DNA of 39,153 nucleotides from Thraustochytrium aureum (lineage: Eukaryota), in NCBI GenBank assembly GCA_012862495.1, contig BLSG01000235.1, forward strand, positions 64,345 through 103,497. Reading direction: 5' to 3'. Numbering within the stretch: position 1 is the stretch's first letter; the number at the start of each line of letters is the position of its first letter. The position numbers and the translations under genes are program-made. Shown one piece after another: positions 30,836 to 39,153 of the stretch. Under the pieces are notes generated by a model. The model was not told the DNA's origin and did not search any database. It saw nothing but the letters and a program-made list of their open reading frames with translations.

Positions 30836-33800
30836 TCACGTCCGAGTCACCATCGGGTTGTCGACGTACTCTATGTCTTCGCCGAGCGGGTCGATCTCCA
30901 CATCGATTCCGAGACTTTGGTGGAGGGGGTTGGTTGCGAAAGTGATCGCCGTGCTCTGTGCAGAGTCCAGGGCGGGCTCCCTCTCCCCAATTCTGCCGCC
31001 TCCTATACATCACAGCGGCGCTTGCGCCAACCGCGGCTATCGCTCCAAGGCCCAAAATGGCGAGGCCCGTCTTCTGCCCGGCCGTCCTCGTCGATGCANN
31101 NNNNNNNNNNNNNNNNNNNNNNNNNNNNNNNNNNNNNNNNNNNNNNNNNNNNNNNNNNNNNNNNNNNNNNNNNNNNNNNNNNNNNNNNNNNNNNNNNNNN
31201 NNNNNNNNNNNNNNNNNNNNNNNNNNNNNNNNNNNNNNNNNNNNNNNNNNNNNNNNNNNNNNNNNNNNNNNNNNNNNNNNNNNNNNNNNNNNNNNNNNNN
31301 NNNNNNNNNNNNNNNNNNNNNNNNNNNNNNNNNNNNNNNNNNNNNNNNNNNNNNNNNNNNNNNNNNNNNNNNNNNNNNNNNNNNNNNNNNNNNNNNNNNN
31401 NNNNNNNNNNNNNNNNNNNNNNNNNNNNNNNNNNNNNNNNNNNNNNNNNNNNNNNNNNNNNNNNNNNNNNNNNNNNNNNNNNNNNNNNNNNNNNNNNNNN
31501 NNNNNNNNNNNNNNNNNNNNNNNNNNNNNNNNNNNNNNNNNNGGGCGTTGGCTTGGGCGTTGGCTTGGGCGTCGGCTTGACCGTCGGCTTGACCGTCGGC
31601 TTGACCGTCGGCTTGACCGTCGGCTTGACCGTCGGCTCTGGCGTTGACACCGACACAGGACTTGTGGAATCAACAAGACCAAAGGCAACCCATGCGTTGA
31701 TTGTGTCCGTCGCATCGACGCACTGCAATGTGCAGTCCAGCGCGAGTCCGGCGAACGACAAAAACAGGACGTCTGACGCTGTCGGCCAGAATGCGGCTGT
31801 TGCTTTGCTCCCAACAAAGTAAGTTGAACCAGCGTGATCTTTCCCGAAGAGCCACTGCCCTTCCCGGGTAGACCAAAGCTGATACTTTGGCGAAGCAAAG
31901 TACGGGCGACCGTTCCAAAACCCAGCCCACGCATAGTCCCCGGATAGAAACGATTGCTGAGGAAGATTGACACGAAGCGTGCGGCACGGCACATGACATG
32001 CGGTTGGGCGAGAAATCTCTGCAAGCTCTCCTTGAGCACATGGAACACAGATCTGTTGCGAGCCAGCTGCCTCAATACGCTCGGTCGGCCCGCACGGGGC
32101 GCAGGTGATCTTGAACGACTCCGAGGCAAAGCCTTGGCCTGCCGGGTGATCGAGGTATGTCCGCACAACGGTTGCGTACCAGGATGCTGCGCCAGCGACA
32201 GGACCAATTACCCATTTCCCTTCGACGCGGTACAAGAAGAGGACCTCTTTGCGGAAGTCGTGCCCAGATAAACGAAACACTTTTGCGCCATTCACGTACC
32301 CGACGCGTTCCCAGAGGCCGTCGGCTCCGAGACTCTGTGCAGTCTCGCCTAGAGCGGCGACGTGAATGCGATCGCAGTCAGCGTAGCACGATACGGCAGA
32401 TTGCCCGTTTGCGGCGGAGGTCATTCCTGCCGGGCAGGCACTGCAGCCGTTCTTGAGAGAGTCAAAATAGCTCCCTCGCGCGCAGTACTGCTCAACGCAC
32501 GTCGTTGTAATCGTTAGACCATCTGGCGCGCCAAACACGAGAACGTAATTGTCGTGCGAGAATTGGTGGTACATGACCGCCTCGTTGCTCTGGGTGCGGA
32601 GATCAGTGAGCAGCGCCTCGCCCTTTCCTACTGCGCATGTGAATGAGGTCTTGTCCGCGGCCTTGAAGTAACCGCCTTCCACGTAAAAGGCCGCCCTGAC
32701 CGCGGCGCCAACGGCGGGCAGCATCAACCCTGCGTTGTCTTGCGCGGTCGGGACCAGGTACCCGCCGAGACGAAGAGGAAGCGACTGCAGGTCCGCGGTC
32801 ACAACCCACCCTGCAGCTTGGAATTCGGGAAAGTAGAGGGAGAATGTCGACTGAGGCATAAACAGGAGGTAGGAGCTGCCACGGTAGTAGACTGGCATCT
32901 CGTTTATCTTTTGCGATGTGAGACGCGCCCAAGTGCCCGAAAAATAGGCCCAAACACAACCTCCAAGTCGCACGATTGCTCCCCGCATCCGTTGCTCACA
33001 TCCTCGGTCAGCGCCACGCCTGCTCCGGCCTCATTGAGCCTCATGGCGCTCGCTGCGTTTATTTCTGGCAGTCTCGAAGAGTCACTGAACCCGCTTGGAA
33101 GGAACAAGTGCAATGGGAGTCGAGGATAAACGTAGAGCCCCCCGTCGCTCGGGCTCGACCCTGCAACGCACTCTTGCTCGAACGAGACGTGCGCTGGGTT
33201 GTCAAGATGAAGCCGCACAAGTTCGGCTTTTCCGTCTTGGCCCACAGACATTGTCTTTCCGCACTCGAGTTGGCGGAACGCAGTCTCGACCTGCGCGAAG
33301 ACTGTGCTTTCCTCCGCCTCGTCAAGAAATCGAACGTGAACTTGCATTGAGCGCCCATCGGGGCTTGCTGCCAAGACGCTCACGACGACGCTGGTGCCGC
33401 CCATGTCAAACGTATAGCTGCTGCCGACAGGGATGGCAGCGTCCATCTGCGAGGCAGTGGAGCGGTCAAAGTCGATGAGCTGGGTCGGCCCAAAATAACC
33501 ATTCCCACGCTCGTAGGACCACAGCAAAAGCGCGCCACAGACCGCCGTGGGGTACTTTGAGCGCATCTCGACCCAGAGGTATTCTTGCGGACGCGTCGTG
33601 AAGATCCTCAATCCATAGACCTTGTTCGCTTCGTACGCGCCTTGGTCGTGGGCGTCAACCCAAAACGTGCCCCGCGCTACGCACTCTTTATCCATGGCGC
33701 ACATGCTGCGCCCGTCCAACGAAACAATCTGAGTGGCCTCATCTATCCAGCCGAATTCAACTTTGGCCCCAACGGAGAAGTGTCCCTTGGTGAGGTCGCT

Positions 33801-34775
33801 CGCGCTGCCCATGATGCTGAACGAGTTGCCGTACTCTAGCTCCTCGTGCTCGGCGTGCTCTGCCCCGTTGGTGTGCCCAAGCTCGTGCGCAAGGGTCGTC
33901 GCGTACGCGACCGCGTCCGTCTCCATGCCGTTCATCCAAAGGAGGCCGCCGCGCAGAGTGGCACTGCCTGCAAAGGCGATCGCTTGGCATTTTGGCAGCG
34001 AGAACACGATCCTGTCGAACGCGCCCACAGTGGCCGACCCGAGCGCTTTGGTCGCTGCGTCGGAGATGGTCTTTTGATTTGGAACGAATCCTTGCCCCGT
34101 GCAAACGTACGTAGACCCTTGGTTTGAGCTCATGGCAAAGGCGCTCACCTTGACGACGCTTGGGTGCAGCGAGAGACGGAACGTTTGCTTACCGCCCGAA
34201 TTCGCGATGAAAAACGCGTTGAGGAGCTTTTCGACCGCGGCAACGTGCGCACTTGTAAGCGGCACGAGTTCGCCTGCCTGCAAGGGCACCACGTGCACAA
34301 CGAGCACAGTCTGCTCAGTTGTGGTCCACGTGGCGTCACCGGCGCTGAGAGCACGGGCTTGGAGATTTGCGTCTGAATCTGTTCGCTGGCGTTCAAGGCC
34401 ATCTAGTGTGAAGCTATCCTCGCCGCTGCGGGCCTCGACAGGCTGGCAGTACGTTGATAGGTTGGCCACCGCGAAATCGTGTACGAGATCAAGCAGCGCG
34501 TCGTACTGAGCTGGGTTGTGGAGGCCGAACCACGCTTGTCGCACGCGGTGGTTGCGGGTATCACACATTATCTGAGTTAGTCCTCCATCACCCGGTGTGC
34601 GTGTTGCGTTGGCCGCGTTGGCCGCGTTGGCCAGGCTGCGCTGCGCGGATTCGATCGCTGCCAAAAGCGATCGGTCGCGGTGGTGCTTTGTCGGCGCTGC
34701 GCTGCATTGCAAGCCCGCAAACACCGCACAAAGCGCAGCCAAGCGAGCGATTCGCGAGAGCGGGGGCGCGCCCAT
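30836..34775 (-). CDS. Large type-I membrane zinc metalloprotease (M11/gametolysin-like) with repeated extracellular modules, Cys-rich segment, Pro/Thr stalk, TM and cytoplasmic tail; indels at ~32950 and ~30987 and a gap at 31099-31542
   Basis: Signal peptide MGAPPLSRIARLAALCAVFAGLQCSA, zinc motif HELGHTNGAEH and Met-turn EYGNSFSIMG are present. One added G at FG|AYFSG joins ORFs 32904-35204 and 31003-32988. CARGSYF...CSACPAG is ephrin-receptor-like Cys-rich, followed by (KPTV)n. After the gap comes TM GLAILGLGAIAAVGASAAVMY-RRR. Confidence 0.72.
31543..31636 (-). repeat. Coding 12-bp tandem repeat (KPTV/KPTP), running into the gap
   Basis: (gtcggcttgacc)x5 and (ggcttgggcgtt)n on the plus strand. 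Confidence 0.9.
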
Positions 34776-35278
34776 TCCGAGCGGCTCGGCTCGGCTCGGC
34801 TCTGCCAGAGGAGAACTCTGCCTCACCAGGNNNNNNNNNNNNNNNNNNNNNNNNNNNNNNNNNNNNNNNNNNNNNNNNNNNNNNNNNNNNNNNNNNNNNN
34901 NNNNNNNNNNNNNNNNNNNNNNNNNNNNNNNNNNNNNNNNNNNNNNNNNNNNNNNNNNNNNNNNNNNNNNNNNNNNNNNNNNNNNNNNNNNNNNNNNNNN
35001 NNNNNNNNNNNNNNNNNNNNNNNNNNNNNNNNNNNNNNNNNNNNNNNNNNNNNNNNNNNNNNNNNNNNNNNNNNNNNNNNNNNNAGTTGCCGGATGGGGC
35101 ATTTTGGAAGAACAATCCATCGTTTTCAAAAAGGTCAAACTCATTATGGGTAGAGGAGGACCCTCAGCGTATCTCCGGTGTACGAAAGACCAGTTCCTGA
35201 GCACCCCCTTTCGGCAGCCAACGGCTACCCGAGCTCGAGCCTCGGGCGTGCGCGGCGCGGGCAGAGCGGATCTGGCAT

Positions 35279-36368
35279 CTAGCGAAGTCTGTAGCTTGTG
35301 GTCCGGTCGGCCTGCTGGTGCGCGCCGTCCAGCGAGTAGTGGATGGTGATGTCGAGGTCGCGCTTGTTGCCCTTGTTTTGCTTGGTTGTGATCGAGCCGG
35401 TAATCGACTCGCCCTGGCCCAGGGTCAGGTCGTCGCGCAGGTAGAACACCGTCTGCTTCCAGTGCGTGTACGCAGAGGCCGGCCCGGTGCTAAAGTACAC
35501 CGGCTTGTGGCACTTGGAAAACGTCACGTCAAAGTACACGAGCAGGGCGTGGCAGTAGTCGTCTCGGCTCCCGGTGATAATAAACTCGGAGGTAAAGTCG
35601 ACGTCCGAGGGCTGCATGGTCATGATGTCGAATTCCTTGAGCTCAAAGTGGTCGGTGACCACCGAGTCGGCTTCGACCGTCTCGACAAGCGGCTCCACGA
35701 ATGCCATCTCCTTGATTACGCCCATGTCGAACCCGTACACGTTGTCCCAAAAGTGCAGCTTTTCCTCCTTGTAGGCGGCGTCTTCGATGCCGCACAGGTA
35801 CATCTTGGCCTTGTCCGGCAGCATGATGCCGGTCTCCTTGTTGAGCCACTTGTCGCGGGCGACAAGGACAGAGTCGAGCATCGACTCGTACAGGAGGTAG
35901 TAGCCCATCCACTCGGAGATGATGATGTCCACGTTGCCCTCGCCGCAGTCTAGCTCCACTTCTTCGATCTTGCCGCGGATCACCTGGATCTTGTCCTCGA
36001 AGCCGTTCACGCGGACGATCTCCTTGGCCTGCTCGGCGATGCCGCTAAAGTCGACCGCGTACACCTTCTTGGCGCCAGCTTTCGCGGCGAACATGGACAG
36101 GATGCCAGTCCCGCACCCGACGTCGAGCACGGTCTTGCCCGCGAACAGGTGCTTGTTGTTCACGATGGCACGCATGTAGGCCTTGGTGCGCACTTCGTCC
36201 TTGAGCATCTCCTCGTGGATCCCAAAGTGGCTGTACGAGTCGAAATAGTAGTCCTTGCTCGTAAGGTCGGGCCCTGCCGCAGCGCCCGCCTTGTCCGCGC
36301 CTGCGGTCTCCGGCGCGGGCTGGCGGTGCAGCCTCGGCGGCCCCCGTCGGCCCGTCAGTGCTCGACAT
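35279..36368 (-). CDS. PRMT1: Protein arginine N-methyltransferase 1; apparent 1-nt insertion near 36320
   Basis: DYYFDSYSHFGIHEEMLKDEVRT, VLDVGCGTGILS, IISEWMGY, ESMLDSV and THWKQTVFY. The ATG at 36368 (MSSTDGPTGAAEAAP) is one base out of frame with the body. Confidence 0.95.
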
Positions 36369-36727
36369 CTTCCTTCCAGCTGCAAAGGTCTCAACTGCAC
36401 GCCAAGCAAAGTCGCCCGCGAGGCCCCGGCCCACGGCTCGTCTCAGAACCTGCGTCGTGGACAACGAGAGCCGCAGCACACGCTCGGTTGGTTGACCTCA
36501 ACGAATCGATGGGCAACTGATGGACACTTCCTTGTCGTGCTCGTCAACTCGCGCTGTCGCGACAACCAACCAACTCGAAACGGCAAGCTCAAGTCTCGCA
36601 GCCATCGGAGTACCCTCTGCCGAGAGTTCTTGCGCCCGCCCATCGCGCAGAACTCCTTGCCAGAGGACGATCGATCGGTCGGTCGATGGCGAGATGGCGA
36701 CCGAGGGGCCTGGCGGCTGCGCAGCAA

Positions 36728-37388
36728 CGCTTGAGCGAGCAACTCCGCTGGAAACGCGCGACCGGTGTCTTCTCTAGAGCTAGAGCTTTGGCTTGCTCGA
36801 AGCGCTTGGGCGAGCAGCGCTTGAGCAGCGCTTGAGCGAGCAACTCCGCTGGCAGCGCGTTCCGCTGGCAGCGCGTGACCGGTGCCTCTTGGCTTTGGCA
36901 TGCTCGAAGCGCTTGAGCGAGCAACTCCGCTGGNNNNNNNNNNNNNNNNNNNNNNNNNNNNNNNNNNNNNNNNNNNNNNNNNNNNNNNNNNNNNNNNNNN
37001 NNNNNNNNNNNNNNNNNNNNNNNNNNNNNNNNNNNNNNNNNNNNNNNNNNNNNNNNNNNNNNNNNNNNNNNNNNNNNNNNNNNNNNNNNNNNNNNNNNNN
37101 NNNNNNNNNNNNNNNNNNNNNNNNNNNNNNNNNNNNNNNNNNNNNNNNNNNNNNNNNNNNNNNNNNNNNNNNNNNNNNNNNNNNNNNNNNNNNNNNNNNN
37201 NNNNNNNNNNNNNNNNNNNNNNNNNNNNNNNNNNNNNNNNNNNCGTGACCGGTGGCTCTAGCTTTGGCATGCTCGAAGCGCTTGAGCGAGCAACTCCGCT
37301 GGCAGCGCGTGACCGGTGCCTCTAGCTTTGGCATGCTCGAAGCGCTTGAGCGAGCGCTAATTGCTTGAGCGAGCAACGCTTGAGCAAA
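36728..37388. repeat. About 64-bp GC-rich minisatellite array spanning a gap
   Basis: Unit gctcgaagcgcttgagcgagcaactccgctggcagcgcgtgaccggtgcctctagctttggcat (37271-37334) recurs on both sides of gap 36934-37243, with degenerate partial copies at the ends. Confidence 0.9.
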
Positions 37389-37477
37389 GCAAGGCGGGCC
37401 GACTGGGCGGACCATTCTGGTTGCGAAAGAGTTTTGTTTTGCTTTGTTCTGTATTGGTGAGAGTCTTCTTGCAATTT

Positions 37478-39153
37478 TCAGATGGCGAAAACGCGGACAC
37501 GCACGGTCGCCCCAAGATCGTCGCCAAAGTCAGTCTCTGGGTCGCCACCCGCGTCTCCGGCGGCCGCCGCAGCCGCTTCGCCTGGCTTGCAGTGCATAAC
37601 ATACTGTCCTAACCCGACCCGGCTATCCTGGCGCCATTTGCCCTGAAAGCGGTTGCCGTCAGTGTACTCTACACGACCCGCGCCGTGCCTCTGGCCGTTG
37701 AAAAAGGCACCCGTGTATACCGTCCCGTCTGGCCGCGACAACGAACCCTCGCCATGCTGCTCGCCAGCTTCCCAAAATCCACGGTAAATAGAGCCGTCAG
37801 CAAAGTCTGCTCGACCACGACCTGAAAACACGTTGTCCCTAAACTCGCCTTCGTATCGAAGCGCTTTTGTCGTGAGCACGCCTTGACCATGGCGCACGTT
37901 GTCGCGCCAGTCGCCATCGTACGTCGAGCCGTCAACATACGTGTAGCAGCCCCGACCGTGACGTTTGCCTGCGACAAAATCGCCTTCGTATTGCTCTTGC
38001 AGGGCCGTCCCGGGGTTGAAAGTGAGCTTGCCACGTCCCAAGATGCCGTCCTCCACAAAGTCCCCTTCGAATACGGTTCCATCCGCATAGAAGAACGTCC
38101 CTTTGCCATGTTTGCGGTTCGCCACCCAGTCGCCGACATAGCGGTGACTGAGCTTGGCATAAACCATCTCGCCATGGCCATGGATCGAGTCTGCCAGGAA
38201 GTCGCCTTGATAGGTGTTGCCTGTGGTAAAGGTGTACCGTCCCTTTCCGCTCCGCTTTCCGTCACGGAACGTCCCGGCATACACCGCGCCGGTGGCGTAC
38301 GTGAAGATGCCAACGCCATGCAGCTTGCCGTGGAAGAACGTGCCAATGTAGTGCGCTCCGCTGCGAAAGAAAACTTGACCGTGGCCGTGCTTTTCGTTAT
38401 CCTTCCAGTCGCCAGAGTACAGGTTGCCGCTTTGGCGAAATAGATAGGTTCCCTCGCCCGTCGCCTTGCCGCCACGAAAGGTGCCTTGGAACAAGTCGCC
38501 GTTCTCAAAGGTGTAGATCCCGTGGCCCGCCATTTTGCCGAGGCTCCACTCTCCGTCGTACTGCTCGCCCGTCTCGAGGTTTTCGTAGATACCACGGCCC
38601 TCGAATTTCCCGCGCTCCCACCCTCCAGTGTATCGAAAGACGCCGTGGTAGTCGCACGTGCCATGGCCGTGACGGTAGTCGTCCTTGAATGCGCCCCTGT
38701 ACGTCTCGCCGGACCGAAGCTTGAGGATCCCTGCGCCTTGCGCTAGTCCCTCGCAAACACGACCGACAAACGTGTCTCCATTCGCCCTAGTAAACTTGCC
38801 AACGCCGTGGTACCTGCCGTTGCGAAACTCTCCCTCGTAAAGGTCACCGTTTCCAGACTGAAACCTGCCCTTGCCCTGGACCAGGCCTTGGATCCACTGC
38901 GCCTCAAGCACGTCGCCGTTGGCCCACGTCTCAACGCCCATGCCGTGGCGCTTGTTGTACTTCCAACCACCTCGGAAAACCGCGCCGTCCGGCCGGTGTA
39001 CGGCGCCCTTGCCATGGCGCACGCCACGGCAAAACTCGCCCTCGTAATACGAGCCGTCGGCGTATTGCAGAACGCCCCAGCCATGCATCAAGCCCTCGGC
39101 GAGGTCGCCAGTGTACCTGGCGCCGCCCAGGACTTTCTCGCCGTGGCCATTTC
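37478..39153 (-). CDS. MORN-repeat protein (about 20 or more tandem repeats), 5' end beyond the window
   Basis: The YxGxW/FxxGxxHGxG pattern repeats throughout. The frame stays open to the right edge (NGHGEKVLGGARYTGDLAEGLMHGWG). Confidence 0.92.
   Translation of the reverse strand, partial: NGHGEKVLGGARYTGDLAEGLMHGWGVLQYADGSYYEGEFCRGVRHGKGAVHRPDGAVFRGGWKYNKRHGMGVETWANGDVLEAQWIQGLVQGKGRFQSGNGDLYEGEFRNGRYHGVGKFTRANGDTFVGRVCEGLAQGAGILKLRSGETYRGAFKDDYRHGHGTCDYHGVFRYTGGWERGKFEGRGIYENLETGEQYDGEWSLGKMAGHGIYTFENGDLFQGTFRGGKATGEGTYLFRQSGNLYSGDWKDNEKHGHGQVFFRSGAHYIGTFFHGKLHGVGIFTYATGAVYAGTFRDGKRSGKGRYTFTTGNTYQGDFLADSIHGHGEMVYAKLSHRYVGDWVANRKHGKGTFFYADGTVFEGDFVEDGILGRGKLTFNPGTALQEQYEGDFVAGKRHGRGCYTYVDGSTYDGDWRDNVRHGQGVLTTKALRYEGEFRDNVFSGRGRADFADGSIYRGFWEAGEQHGEGSLSRPDGTVYTGAFFNGQRHGAGRVEYTDGNRFQGKWRQDSRVGLGQYVMHCKPGEAAAAAAGDAGGDPETDFGDDLGATVRVRVFAI

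Noticed and set aside
36728..37388. CRISPR array or coding repeat
   Set aside because: The units are contiguous with no unique spacers, and 64 bp is not a multiple of three.

Overview
This is GC-rich eukaryotic nuclear DNA with about 10 N-gaps, very probably from a thraustochytrid (Labyrinthulomycete). The left 11.3 kb is a marine-type PUFA synthase (DHA/DPA PKS-like) locus. It carries subunit A (KS-MAT, continuing off the left edge) and subunit B (KS-CLF-AT-ER) head-to-head across a 1.8 kb intergenic region; no subunit C or PPTase is visible. The N-termini look like Thraustochytrium aureum OrfA/OrfB from memory, which needs BLAST confirmation. Compact genes follow: a Tpt1/KptA RNA 2'-phosphotransferase followed by a second, catalytically degenerate Tpt1 copy, a saccharopine-dehydrogenase-like oxidoreductase, a partial KKD/E-tail protein, a membrane-anchored cysteine-synthase-like enzyme, PACRG (with a GT-AG intron), enolase, a Dol-P-Man synthase, a cation/Ca exchanger, an RNF141-like RING protein with a UIM-like tail, CCT3, a large membrane-tethered M11-like metalloprotease, PRMT1 and a MORN-repeat protein. 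About 11 single-base frameshifts interrupt otherwise intact genes, including enolase, and are most likely sequencing errors. The most notable signals are the tandem active plus dead Tpt1, a decayed RLE-type non-LTR retrotransposon fragment behind enolase, the multidomain surface protease with a triplicated unnamed module and twin NPxx tail motifs, and two non-coding repeat arrays built on palindromic cores.
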